From: Opitutia bacterium
GTDB taxonomy: Bacteria > Verrucomicrobiota > Verrucomicrobiia > Opitutales > T3Sed10-336
Direction: 5' to 3'
Assembly: GCA_050506795.1 (NCBI GenBank)
Contig: JBJHCF010000001.1
Coordinates: 32,001 to 96,000 of the forward strand
DNA length: 64,000 bases
Shown here: positions 9,931 through 19,534 of the stretch, piece by piece
Numbering within the stretch: position 1 is the first letter of the stretch
Layout of the letters: every line of letters begins with the position of its first letter
The notes under the pieces: generated by a model
The model's input: only the letters and a program-made list of their open reading frames with translations
What the model was told of the DNA's origin: nothing
Databases searched by the model: none
Position numbers and translations under genes: made by a program

Positions 9931-11430
9931 TCAGCGCAACCGAACCGCGGCCGGCTCACTTTCGTTGCCCAACCGGTCGACGGCGGTGACTGCCAGGTGG
10001 GAGATACCCGTCGAGGTTGGCGGAATACGCATCACAGCCTCCGCGCGTTGGTAGGCCGGCACCACCTGGTGCAACCGCCAGCCATCGCGGTGGCGACTGT
10101 AGAGCGCCCACAACCGGAGGTCTTCAGTCCCCGACGAGTTGATGTGCAGGCGGCCTTCGGCATTGTCGCCGGTGACTTCAAAGCGTACCCGCGGTCTCGG
10201 CGGCGCCTCGGAACCGAGCCAGGGAGTGGGGGGCACGAGCACCGGTCCACGATAGGCCGATGTGCGCAGGGCGGTAGCGATGTTGCCCAGATCCTCCTGC
10301 AACCAGCGTTGGCGAAAGTGGATGTGTCCGGCGCTTCCGGACTGTTGGCGGGTCAGGCTGATCTGGTTGATGATTTCCCGGGTGGGCCAGTTGGCGTCGG
10401 TCACCCTCCAGGTGGCCAGCCCCGGCCAAATGTGACGGTTGCGCGTGTTTTGCGAGTGCCACCACTCCAGGAGGCGCGGGAAGGATTGGCGCTCCTGAGT
10501 GATGCTCCAATAAAGCTGCGGCGCCAGGTAATCCAGCCAGCCCCGGTTCAACCACAGTTTGGGGTCGGCGTACAACATTGCGTACTGGTCGGAACCCGTT
10601 ATTCCCGGAGGGTTCTCGGGGCGCCAGATGCCGAAGGGACTGATGCCCACCTTGACCTTTGGGTCTTCCTGTTTGACGGTCTCGTAGAGTCGGCGGATCA
10701 GTTCGTTGACGTTATTCCTGCGCCAATCCCCGCGGGACAGATCGCCGCCCGCCCGGCGATAACGGTCCCAGTTGGCGCTGTCCGGAAAATCGGTGCCGGC
10801 GATCGGCCAGGGGTAGAAGTAATCGTCGATATGGATCCCGTCGATATCGTATTTCCGGACCAGTTCGCGCACCACGTTGAGGACGTGTTCGCGGACTGCC
10901 GGTTCGCTGGGATCGAGCCACAGGAGGTTCCCGTAACGGCGAACCAGCTCCGGGCGGGTCCGGCTTATGTGATTGCGACTGACCTCGACCGTGCCGACGT
11001 CATGATGCACCCGATACGGGTTGATCCAGGCGTGGATTTCCAGTCCCCTCCGATGCGCTTCGCGTACGGCGAACGCCAGGGGATCGTAACCCGGATTGGG
11101 AGCGCGTCCCATCTCTCCGGTTAGAAAGTGGGACCAGGGCGCATGTTCCGACGGGTACATTGCGTCGCCCATAGAGCGCACCTGCAGAATCACCGCGTTG
11201 AGATGCAGACTGCGAGCCCGATCCAGGATGGCAATCAGTTCCTCCTGCTGCTCTCTGGAACTGAGGCCGGGCCGCGAGGGCCAGTCGAGGTTTTTCAGCG
11301 AGGTCACCCAGACGCCCCGGAACTCGCGGGGGGCTCGCGGGTAATCGGTCCCTTCCTGCTGACCGTGGAGCGGAACAGCCGGGAGCAAAGCTGAAACGAG
11401 GAAGCACGCCGCTGCTAAGAACCGTATCAT
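9931..11430 (-). CDS. Secreted glycoside hydrolase-like family 10 (YddW/DigH-like) protein
   Basis: REFRGVWV, EIHAWINPYR, DGIHIDDYFYP, DYLAPQLYW; start at MIRFLAAAC gives a signal peptide. Confidence 0.88.
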   Translation of the reverse strand: MIRFLAAACFLVSALLPAVPLHGQQEGTDYPRAPREFRGVWVTSLKNLDWPSRPGLSSREQQEELIAILDRARSLHLNAVILQVRSMGDAMYPSEHAPWSHFLTGEMGRAPNPGYDPLAFAVREAHRRGLEIHAWINPYRVHHDVGTVEVSRNHISRTRPELVRRYGNLLWLDPSEPAVREHVLNVVRELVRKYDIDGIHIDDYFYPWPIAGTDFPDSANWDRYRRAGGDLSRGDWRRNNVNELIRRLYETVKQEDPKVKVGISPFGIWRPENPPGITGSDQYAMLYADPKLWLNRGWLDYLAPQLYWSITQERQSFPRLLEWWHSQNTRNRHIWPGLATWRVTDANWPTREIINQISLTRQQSGSAGHIHFRQRWLQEDLGNIATALRTSAYRGPVLVPPTPWLGSEAPPRPRVRFEVTGDNAEGRLHINSSGTEDLRLWALYSRHRDGWRLHQVVPAYQRAEAVMRIPPTSTGISHLAVTAVDRLGNESEPAAVRLR

Positions 11431-11482
11431 CCGTAACAGGGTCTGCGATTCTTTGGTTTGGATTTCAATCTTTGAATGCCGT

Positions 11483-11782
11483 TCAACGTTCGCGGGAGTC
11501 GAATCGGAAGAGCAGCTCACCCGGCCGGGCGTATCCAAGTTTCTGTCGCACCACTCGTTCGACGAATTCGGGATTGTCCTGCAGATTACGATGGTAAACT
11601 TCCTTGTACGCGAGTTCACGCTCGGCCAGTTCGAGTTGACGGGCATTGCGTTCCTGCCTCTCCCGGAGGTTGGCCAACTCACGGTAGGTTTGCTGCAGGA
11701 AGATCGCGGAGAAGAACCCCATCGCCACAAAAACCGAGAGAAGAAGATAAAAAAGCCCTTTGCCGAAATCCGTTTGTTTCAT
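11483..11782 (-). CDS. ftsB: Septum formation initiator (FtsB/DivIC family)
   Basis: One TM helix, coiled coil, ERVVRQKLGYARPGE motif. Confidence 0.82.
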   Translation of the reverse strand: MKQTDFGKGLFYLLLSVFVAMGFFSAIFLQQTYRELANLRERQERNARQLELAERELAYKEVYHRNLQDNPEFVERVVRQKLGYARPGELLFRFDSRER

Positions 11783-11872
11783 GCCAATCGTTACCGACGT
11801 CGCTACAACACTGGACCTGTTGATTGGACCTGGCAATTAAGAACTCCGAACCCTGTAGAGACGACCGGCATT

Positions 11873-12739
11873 TTAGAGTCCGGCTTCCAGTGACTGCAGA
11901 TCCCGACGCAACCGTTCGACGGACCGCTCCGGAAACTCGGCTTCGATGGTATCGAGGATTTCGCCGGCTCGAGCGAAGGCGGCGCGTGCGCTTTGCGGGT
12001 CATCCGCGCGGATTCCGTGCTGCCTGGCCTCATGGAACGCGGTGAGCAGAACGATGTATCGGTGCGGTTGCGCCGAAGTCTCGGGTTGCGCCGGTGCGGT
12101 GGGTTGCGGCCGCAGGGCGGCGGCACGTTCCTCAATTACCGCGATTTCCCTTTCCATCTGTTGACGCAATTCGTCCCGTTCGGTTTCGGCGCGCTCGGCT
12201 TCGCGTACGGCGACCAGGTAGGCCTCCCTGATTTCCTCGATCTCGGTTTCGCGTTCCTCCAATGCCGCCTGAAGCGCACGCAGTTCCGCTTCGACGGCTT
12301 CCCGTTCAGCTTCCCCTTGCTCGATTGATGATTCCAGAGTCGCAATGGCCGCGCTCAGTTCGGCCCGCTCGGATTCGAGTCTTTCGACGGTTTCCGCGTG
12401 CGTTGCCCCCTGTGCGCGGGCTGTCGCCAGTTCGTCCTCCAACCGCTCGTTCTCCGCCTGCAGGGCCAGCAGCTGATCGCGGCTCGCTTCCATTTCGGAC
12501 TCGAGTTCCGCCACGGTTGCCTGCAACTCGGCATCGCGGCCGTCGAGCCGCGAAAGATCCGCTTCCAGTTGTTCAATTGTTTCGCGTGCCTCCTGCCTTT
12601 CGGCGCTTCGCGGCGCAATCATGGTAAAATACAGGACGACTCCTGCGAGCACTAATCCGATGACAAATGCGGCCGCGGCCTGACCGATGGCCGGGCGGTC
12701 CTCGTTTTCAGATGTGTCCCTACGTTCGTAATCACTCAT
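11873..12739 (-). CDS. Membrane-anchored long coiled-coil hypothetical protein
   Basis: N-terminal TM helix followed by about 170 aa of Glu/Ala/Arg heptads. Confidence 0.7.
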   Translation of the reverse strand: MSDYERRDTSENEDRPAIGQAAAAFVIGLVLAGVVLYFTMIAPRSAERQEARETIEQLEADLSRLDGRDAELQATVAELESEMEASRDQLLALQAENERLEDELATARAQGATHAETVERLESERAELSAAIATLESSIEQGEAEREAVEAELRALQAALEERETEIEEIREAYLVAVREAERAETERDELRQQMEREIAVIEERAAALRPQPTAPAQPETSAQPHRYIVLLTAFHEARQHGIRADDPQSARAAFARAGEILDTIEAEFPERSVERLRRDLQSLEAGL

Positions 12740-12956
12740 AGCGTCGACTCCTTCGATTGATGGATGTTACCCGGTAAAACAGAATAAAGTTCCGTAGAAG
12801 TAACGGTTTAGATCATGACAGGGGAAATGGCGAATGCCAAGCGAAAAGAAATGCCTTAATGAATACGTCGAGGTATGTTTAACCCCTGAGCCACAACGAC
12901 CCGTCGCCGATGGAGAAACGCGTTGGCGGCATAGACAGATCGATCTTATTCCCGGA

Positions 12957-13934
12957 TCAAGGCGTCACTCGATCCCAATCGAATGCGGGTCCGGGATCGA
13001 CCTTGTTGGTCTGAATGTGAAAGTGCCCGAGTAGTCCGCGGAATTCGCGCAGTTCTTCGTCCGGCAGTTTGCCTTGAATCAGATTGCCGTCGTCATCCCG
13101 TGGATAGTCGGGGGCAACCAGGGGAAAGATTTGGCAAAGCGCGGCGGTAAGCTTACTCAATGCCTCGTATTGCTCCGGGGTGAAGTCGTACTGGAGCAGT
13201 TCCATGCCGTGGATCCTGCCGGTGATCGGTTCGTCGCGCGCCGGCCGGCCGATGAAATTGGGGGTGCGGATACCGCCGTCGCCGAGCCGCTCCGGAAGCA
13301 CGATGCGGGTTTCTCCTTCCGCAGACCGGATGTACCACTCGTCGAGGGGTTCCGCCGCGTCCGGCGGGTAGGCGCCGATATGGGCGATCTCGATGCCGAT
13401 CGAGCGGCTGTTGGATGAGGTGGCGTGCCAGGCCCGCTCTTTGAGGTCGAGAGTCTGGTAGATCGTGCCGTCAAGGTCGACCAGGAAGTGGGCGCTCAAT
13501 CCCACCACGTCGTGCAGGATGCGGAAGCATTCCCGGCTGGTGCCGGCGGCGTCGTAATGGAAAACGACCTGGTCGACCACCCGTTGCAGCAGCGGCAGGT
13601 CCCAACCGCCGCCCCGCACGCGCTCGATCTCCTCTTCGCTGAGCCCGTCCCGCCGCAGATTGTACCGGTTGGGAGAAGCGGGACCGGAATTCCCTTCGCG
13701 GAATCCCGACTCCTCCCGCGGACCGAAACGCCGCTCTGTTCGGTAGGCGTCATAGCCGCCGGGGTCGAGCCATAACACCACCGGAGTGCCGGTGCGAAAG
13801 AACTGGCCGGCGGCGACGATTTCATCTCCGTGGCGCGCCACCGGCGTTCCCGGCTCCGGTCCCGTCGCGCAGCCGGCGGCCAGAACGACCGGCGTCAAAA
13901 AAACGATGCGTATGAATGACCGGGACGAGATCAT
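12957..13934 (-). CDS. N-acetylmuramoyl-L-alanine amidase (Amidase_2), probable lipoprotein
   Basis: Lipobox LAAGC, VFHYDA, SAHFLVD, AWHA, SIGIEI, GH...KVDPGPAFDW. Confidence 0.88.
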   Translation of the reverse strand: MISSRSFIRIVFLTPVVLAAGCATGPEPGTPVARHGDEIVAAGQFFRTGTPVVLWLDPGGYDAYRTERRFGPREESGFREGNSGPASPNRYNLRRDGLSEEEIERVRGGGWDLPLLQRVVDQVVFHYDAAGTSRECFRILHDVVGLSAHFLVDLDGTIYQTLDLKERAWHATSSNSRSIGIEIAHIGAYPPDAAEPLDEWYIRSAEGETRIVLPERLGDGGIRTPNFIGRPARDEPITGRIHGMELLQYDFTPEQYEALSKLTAALCQIFPLVAPDYPRDDDGNLIQGKLPDEELREFRGLLGHFHIQTNKVDPGPAFDWDRVTP

Positions 13935-14056
13935 GCGCCTTTTATTGCCTAAAATCCGTACGAATTGAATCCTTTTCGCGCCGGCTGCCGGCAGTCGCCT
14001 TCGTCGGCGGCCGGTATTCAGAGGGGTAAAGGTGAGCGAGGGACGAGCAATCGCTT

Positions 14057-16228
14057 TCAAGGGCCGGCCGGATCGGGTCGAGCGGCGTGTCGAACCGAGG
14101 CTTCGTGTTTGTGGATGATTTTCAGGAAGGTGGGAATGATCTTTTTCACCTTGGCTTCGCCGATTCCGGGAATATCGAGAGCTTCTTCCGGACGGGCCGG
14201 GCGGCGACGCGCGAGTTCTTCGAGGGCGTGATTGGTCAGGATCACGTAGGCCGGTTGTCCGCCGCGCGCTGCGGCCAGCTCGCTTCGCTTTTGCTTGAGT
14301 TTGGTCAGGAGATCCGCATCGGGCGGTGCGGATGAGGCGTCCGGCGTCCGGCCGCTTTTATCCGGCGTCCGGCTTTTCCTGGCGGGAGCATCGCGTTCCG
14401 GCCAGGCGAGGGTGCAGGGGGCTTCGCCTTGCATGACGCGGGCGCCGGCGTCGGTCAGGCCGAGCAGCGGGTAGTCGCCGTCAGTGGTATAAACGAAACC
14501 CGCCCGCTCGAATTCCCGGAACAAAGCATTGAGATAGTCTTTTCCTTCCGCTTTGAGCAGACCGTGGGTGGAGAGTTGGTCCAGCCCCGCCTGTCGGATC
14601 GGGGCGGCGTTGCTGCCCAGGAGGCATTGGATGATCCGGGCTCGGCCGAAGCGCGGCCGCCACTCGCGGTCACCCAGCCGGTCGCACATCCGCGCCACAC
14701 CGCTCAGGGCTTTGCGGGCGATCAGGGATTCGTTGTCGTCGCCGGGCCGGTGATTCTCGGCGCGATCGGCGCGGCAGACATCACATTCCCCGCAAAGCTG
14801 GAGATCGCGGTCTCCGAAATAGCGAAGGATCCATTGCTGACGGCACGTGTTGTGTTCGTAAGCGTACTGGATGACGGAACGCAGGCGGGCTTCGTCGGCC
14901 TGACGCTTCTTCGCGAGGGTGGCGGCGTCGAGTTCCAGACCAAGGGCGGAAACCTCGGGACGAAGAAGACGCGTTCCCCGTATCCGTTTTCCGGGGACAT
15001 CAAAGCGCTCCAGGCAACCGTGGCGTCCCAGAATGGCGATTGCAGTCGAGACCGCGATTGGGTTTACCTTTCCTGGCAGCCGTTCGGTCAGGTCGTCGAT
15101 GGAGAGCAGGACTTCGTGGCTATTGTCCGCTGCCGACCGCAAGGTGTCGTAAACGGCCCGCACGGTGGAGATTTCGGGATTGCGCCCTTCGATGAAGAAT
15201 TCCTGGGTGCGTTTGTCTGCGAAATTGAAGAGGAAAAGGCATTCCGAAGCAAGGCCGTCGCGACCCGCCCGCCCGGCTTCCTGATAGTACGCCTCCACGC
15301 TGCCGGGCATTTCGAAATGCAGCACGAAACGCAGGTCGTTGCGGTCGATTCCCATGCCGAAGGCGTTGGTGGCGACCACCAGGTCCGATTCCTTTCGCAT
15401 GAAGGCGTTTTGGATCCGCTCCCGCTCGCGGTCGTCCATGCCGCCGTGGTAGGCGAGGGCGGAAAAGCCGTCGGTCTCCAGGTTGGCGGCCACCGATTCG
15501 ACCCGCTTGCGGGTGGCGCAATAGACGATTCCCTTGCGGTGAGTGCGGATCAGGCTGTGGAGAAAACGGTATTTTTCGTCCTCAGACGACGTTTGCACCA
15601 CTTTGAAACTGAGATTGGGGCGGGCGAATCCGGAGACAAAAACCGCGGGGTCTCGCAGGGCAAGGTGTTTCCTGATGTCCTCACGCACATCCGGGGTGGC
15701 CGTTGCGGTGAACGCGGCCACCGGCGGGTGCCCCAGGTGCTGGAGGGCCGCGCCCAGGCGTAGGTAGTCCGGACGAAAGTCGTGGCCCCATTGGGACAGG
15801 CAGTGCGCTTCGTCGACCGCGAAGAGCGAAACGGTGATTCGGGACAGCGCCCCCATGAAGGCGCGGCTGCGAAAGCGCTCCGGCGCGACGTAGACCAGCT
15901 TCAGCTTCCCCTGTGCCATGGCCTCCAAGGTTTCCCGCTGTTCGGCCGCCGTTTGCGTGCTGTTGAGCAACGCCGCCGGCAGACCCTTGGCCCGAAGTGC
16001 GTCGACCTGGTCCTTCATCAATGCGATCAGGGGCGAAACGACCAGCGTTACATGCGGCAGCAGCAGGGCGGGCAATTGATAACAGAGCGATTTACCGCCT
16101 CCGGTGGGCATGATCACCAAGGTGTCGCGACGGTTCAGAATCGCGTCGACCACCTCGTCCTGGGGCGGGCGAAAACGTTCGAAGGCGAAATGACGCCGAA
16201 GGGCTTCGTTCGGATCCGTGGTTGACAT
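14057..16228 (-). CDS. recQ: ATP-dependent DNA helicase RecQ
   Basis: MPTGGGKS, DEAHC, QEAGRAGRDG, zinc-binding Cys, RQC and HRDC domains. Confidence 0.95.
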   Translation of the reverse strand: MSTTDPNEALRRHFAFERFRPPQDEVVDAILNRRDTLVIMPTGGGKSLCYQLPALLLPHVTLVVSPLIALMKDQVDALRAKGLPAALLNSTQTAAEQRETLEAMAQGKLKLVYVAPERFRSRAFMGALSRITVSLFAVDEAHCLSQWGHDFRPDYLRLGAALQHLGHPPVAAFTATATPDVREDIRKHLALRDPAVFVSGFARPNLSFKVVQTSSEDEKYRFLHSLIRTHRKGIVYCATRKRVESVAANLETDGFSALAYHGGMDDRERERIQNAFMRKESDLVVATNAFGMGIDRNDLRFVLHFEMPGSVEAYYQEAGRAGRDGLASECLFLFNFADKRTQEFFIEGRNPEISTVRAVYDTLRSAADNSHEVLLSIDDLTERLPGKVNPIAVSTAIAILGRHGCLERFDVPGKRIRGTRLLRPEVSALGLELDAATLAKKRQADEARLRSVIQYAYEHNTCRQQWILRYFGDRDLQLCGECDVCRADRAENHRPGDDNESLIARKALSGVARMCDRLGDREWRPRFGRARIIQCLLGSNAAPIRQAGLDQLSTHGLLKAEGKDYLNALFREFERAGFVYTTDGDYPLLGLTDAGARVMQGEAPCTLAWPERDAPARKSRTPDKSGRTPDASSAPPDADLLTKLKQKRSELAAARGGQPAYVILTNHALEELARRRPARPEEALDIPGIGEAKVKKIIPTFLKIIHKHEASVRHAARPDPAGP

Positions 16229-16276
16229 GCGGACTATTGCACAAACGATCAGCATCGGTGACAAGCCCTGGTTGAC

Positions 16277-16294
16277 AGATCTTTCGAAAGATCT
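16277..16294. promoter_or_regulatory. Perfect 18-bp palindrome AGATCTTTCGAAAGATCT, candidate operator
   Basis: Self-complementary; overlaps the last base of TTGACA (16272-16277) in the divergent recQ/VTC intergenic region. Confidence 0.4.
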
Positions 16295-16453
16295 TGGATC
16301 AGGGAGGTAAAATTACTGTTAGATTGGATTATAGGCACACTGAATGCGTCAAAACCGCGTTGCAGGTGATAGCCTTGCCCAGGCAGGTCGGGTGTCACCT
16401 GTTGCGGCTGAATCGTTGGAGGCTCAGCCTTTACGCTTGATTGCCACGTCCAG

Positions 16454-16471
16454 ATGTCACTATTTCGTAAC
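16454..16471 (+). promoter_or_regulatory. Pho-box-like direct repeat (ATGTCAC-TATT-TCGTAAC)
   Basis: GTCAC and GTAAC cores 11 bp apart with an AT-rich spacer, about 100 bp upstream of the VTC gene. Confidence 0.35.
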
Positions 16472-16570
16472 ATTTTCGCTGATCGTAGACCGCACCCCGC
16501 CGTGACCGGAGTACGATTTCTTATGCGCGGTTCGTAACCCGCTGGCGTCCAATTACGAATTTTTTTAATT

Positions 16571-17422
16571 ATGTCCCGTGATCGCCTTCAGTCCCAACGT
16601 TTCGAGCTCAAGTATATAATCCAAAACAACCTGGCTTTAGCCATCCGTGATTTTGTGGCGTCTTATTTGGAGCTGGACGAATTCGCGGCGACCCGCCCGG
16701 ATTTATCCTACCCGGTGCACAGCCTCTATCTCGATTCGGACGTTTACACGCTCTACCAGCGCACGATCAACGGAGACAAGAACCGTTTCAAACTCCGCTT
16801 GCGTTTCTACGAAAACCGTCCGGGGGCTCCGGTGTATTGCGAAATCAAGAGCCGGCACGACAACACGATCAGCAAGCAGCGCGGCGCGATTCACCGCGAT
16901 GCGGTGGATACCGTGTTGGCCGGACAGCTGCCCGAGGAAGCCCAGATGGCTTCCGACGATCCCAAACACCTCTTCGCGCTGCAAAATTTCGTTCAGTACG
17001 TCAACGAACTGCGCGCCCGTCCGCGGGTGCACGTCGCCTACCTGAGGGAAGCCTGGATGCCGAGCGGAGGAGGCAATTCGGTGCGGGTCACTATGGACCG
17101 AAAGGTTCGCAGTTGCCCGGAACCCACCGCGCGATTGGTGGCGGAGATGGACGATCCGGTGTTTGTTTTTGGTGACATGGTGGTCCTCGAATTGAAATTC
17201 ACCGGACGTTTCCCCGATTGGTTCGCCGATTTGGTCAGAGTCTTCGGCTTGCGTCAGACTTCGGCAGCCAAGTATGTTGACGGGGTGGAGCTTATGGAGG
17301 AGAAGCATATTTTGAACCAGGGATATCGTCCCACCGGCAGTGGTTTCGGCCGGGAGCGGGCGCGAAAAATTCGGCCCAGCGGCCTCGCGTTCGGTGAATA
17401 CCAATCGCCCACTTCGACATGA
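16571..17422 (+). CDS. VTC domain (polyphosphate polymerase domain, CYTH-like) protein
   Basis: RFELKY, SLYLD, RFKLRLRFY, EIK, RVTMD, VLELKF, KY motifs. Confidence 0.9.
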   Translation: MSRDRLQSQRFELKYIIQNNLALAIRDFVASYLELDEFAATRPDLSYPVHSLYLDSDVYTLYQRTINGDKNRFKLRLRFYENRPGAPVYCEIKSRHDNTISKQRGAIHRDAVDTVLAGQLPEEAQMASDDPKHLFALQNFVQYVNELRARPRVHVAYLREAWMPSGGGNSVRVTMDRKVRSCPEPTARLVAEMDDPVFVFGDMVVLELKFTGRFPDWFADLVRVFGLRQTSAAKYVDGVELMEEKHILNQGYRPTGSGFGRERARKIRPSGLAFGEYQSPTST

Positions 17423-18105
17423 TTGAGCAGCTAATATCGGGAGATCTCACCCACGATCCGGTCAATATGCCAATGTTGGTCCTCGGGCTCTTGCTCGCCT
17501 TTTTGGGCGGTCAGGTGCTGGCCTGGGTTTACATGCTGACTCACAGCGGGCTTTCCTATTCGCGTTCCTACGTGAACTCGCTCGTGATTATCCCGTTTCT
17601 GGTGGCGATGGTCATGACGGTGTTGGCGGACAACCTGATCACGGCCTTCGGATTGATGGCGCTTTTCGCCATCGTCAGGTTCCGTAATATTCTTCGGGAT
17701 ACGCTGGACACGTGTTACATCCTCGCCGGAATAACCGTGGGCATGGCCTGCGGAACGCAGCGCCACGGCACGGCGGTGATCGGTTTGATCATTATGTCCG
17801 GAATTCTCATTTATCTCCGGTACTCCTATTTCGGCAGCCGGCAAAGATATGATCTGGTGCTGAATCTTCGCTGGGACCGGCCCCTGACCGAACTTAACGC
17901 CTTGTCCGAGCTCCTGCGCCGGCACAGCCGCCGTGCCCATTGCGCCAGCCAGCGGGCGCACGATGAGGGTGAGGGTACCGACCTTTCCTACCGGCTTCTT
18001 CTTCGGGACCCTTCGCGGTTGGAGGACCTTTTCAGCGAAGTGCGCGCGTTGCCCGGGACCGCCCGGGTAACCGGGTTGACCGCCCAGGATGAATCCGAAT
18101 TGTAG
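17419..18105 (+). CDS. DUF4956 membrane protein
   Basis: About 4 TM helices, IVRFRN...D, GMACG; ATGA overlap with the VTC gene; usual VTC partner. Confidence 0.88.
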   Translation: MIEQLISGDLTHDPVNMPMLVLGLLLAFLGGQVLAWVYMLTHSGLSYSRSYVNSLVIIPFLVAMVMTVLADNLITAFGLMALFAIVRFRNILRDTLDTCYILAGITVGMACGTQRHGTAVIGLIIMSGILIYLRYSYFGSRQRYDLVLNLRWDRPLTELNALSELLRRHSRRAHCASQRAHDEGEGTDLSYRLLLRDPSRLEDLFSEVRALPGTARVTGLTAQDESEL

Positions 18106-18107
18106 TC

Positions 18108-19202
18108 ATGAAGAATACCAAGCTCGCACCGATCCCGATGCCGCTGAGCGTGAAGTGGCGCGAATTTCGCGTTCAGGCTCTGCCGTTTATCGTTTTTATC
18201 GCCGTGATCGCGGCGACCTTGCTGCTCTGGAAGGAAAAGACGGCTCCAGGGGCGATGACCGGCCAGGTGGAAGGCGCCATGGAAGTCGTCACCGCGCCGG
18301 TGTCCGGATCCCTGGCCGAGCTGTTTGTCAACCGTTTCGACGAGGTGTCGGCGGGCGAGGTGATCGGACGGGTCATCCGCACCCCGCCCGATGTCCTGCA
18401 CGCCTCCCTGGCTATCTTGCGCAAGGAAATCGAAATGACCCGTCTGGGCTGGTTCGATCCCGTGCTCGATCGGCAACGCAATCTGTTGCAACTCGAAGAA
18501 TTGAAACTCGACCTGCTCGACCGGCGAGCGGGTCTTGCGATCCGGCGCATCGAGCTCGATCGCGCGGAGCGGGCCGACGCGCGTTACACCCGTCTTTTCG
18601 AACAGGGAACGGTCTCGGAGGAAGCTTTCGAGCAGGCGCGTGAGGAGGCCGATGTCCTGCGGGCCATGGTCGCTGAGGAAGAGCGTTTGATCGAGGAGAT
18701 CACACGAACCCTCGAAGGGCTCGGGCACGGACCTGACGAGAACCGGACCGGGGTTTCCGATGTGATCTCCGCCACCCTGGCCTGGCACGAGGAACGTCTG
18801 AATCTCACCGAGGCGGAGCTTCGTCCGGTGCCGCTGGTGGCGCCGATCTCAGGAACCGTTTCCGAAGTGGTTCGGGCTAATCGGGGGCACCTGACGGAGG
18901 GCGAACCGGTCCTGACCATTCGCTCTCCGGTCCCGGAAAGGGTGGTCGCTTATCTCCAGCCGCCTCTGAGATTCGATCCCGAGGTGGGTCGCGAGGTCCG
19001 GGTGCGGGCGCGCAACGCTGGCAAATCCGAGGGAACCGGTCAGATTCTGGCCGTGGGGCCGCAAATCGAACCTCTGGCCCCGGCGCTGGAGCGACCGTTC
19101 GTGAATGTTTACCAGTCGGGTCTGCCCATTCTTATCAGTCTGCCGCCCACGCTCCAGGTGCGGCCGGGCGAAGTGGTGGATGTCGATCTTCTCGACCGTT
19201 GA
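18108..19202 (+). CDS. HlyD-family membrane fusion/periplasmic adaptor protein
   Basis: N-terminal TM, split lipoyl half-motifs (VTAPVSG...AGEVI; APISGTV...GEPVL), coiled coil, RPGEVVDV. Confidence 0.82.
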   Translation: MKNTKLAPIPMPLSVKWREFRVQALPFIVFIAVIAATLLLWKEKTAPGAMTGQVEGAMEVVTAPVSGSLAELFVNRFDEVSAGEVIGRVIRTPPDVLHASLAILRKEIEMTRLGWFDPVLDRQRNLLQLEELKLDLLDRRAGLAIRRIELDRAERADARYTRLFEQGTVSEEAFEQAREEADVLRAMVAEEERLIEEITRTLEGLGHGPDENRTGVSDVISATLAWHEERLNLTEAELRPVPLVAPISGTVSEVVRANRGHLTEGEPVLTIRSPVPERVVAYLQPPLRFDPEVGREVRVRARNAGKSEGTGQILAVGPQIEPLAPALERPFVNVYQSGLPILISLPPTLQVRPGEVVDVDLLDR

Positions 19203-19282
19203 CGGCATTCCGCTTCCGGGGGGGGTAAATTTAGACTTTTACCTTGACGGTGAGAACAGCGCGGGTGTCATTCTTGGGTAAC

Positions 19283-19534
19283 GTGAAGATCACTGTATTC
19301 GTGACACCGAAGAAAAACGTTTTGGACCCGCAGGGCGCCGCGGTCGCGCATGCCATGACCAGTCTGGGGTTTCAGAATCTTAAGAATGTCCGCATGGGCA
19401 AAGTAATCGAACTGGAGCTTGACGGCGAGCCGGACGAGGCCTTCAACGCTTCGGTTGACAAGATTTGCCGCGATCTCCTGAGCAATCCGGTGATCGAGGA
19501 CTACCGCTGGGCCATTGAGCCGACGGGCGCATGA
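19283..19534 (+). CDS. purS: Phosphoribosylformylglycinamidine synthase subunit PurS
   Basis: VLDPQG, VRMGK, LSNPVIEDY; GTG start. Confidence 0.95.
   Translation: MKITVFVTPKKNVLDPQGAAVAHAMTSLGFQNLKNVRMGKVIELELDGEPDEAFNASVDKICRDLLSNPVIEDYRWAIEPTGA

Noticed and set aside
9931..11730. 599-aa extended glycoside hydrolase
   Set aside because: The extension overlaps ftsB in another frame; the signal peptide starts at 11430.
14340..14376. Direct repeat TCCGGCGTCCGG inside recQ
   Set aside because: It is a short in-frame duplication encoding a low-complexity linker (RTPD twice) before the HRDC domain.
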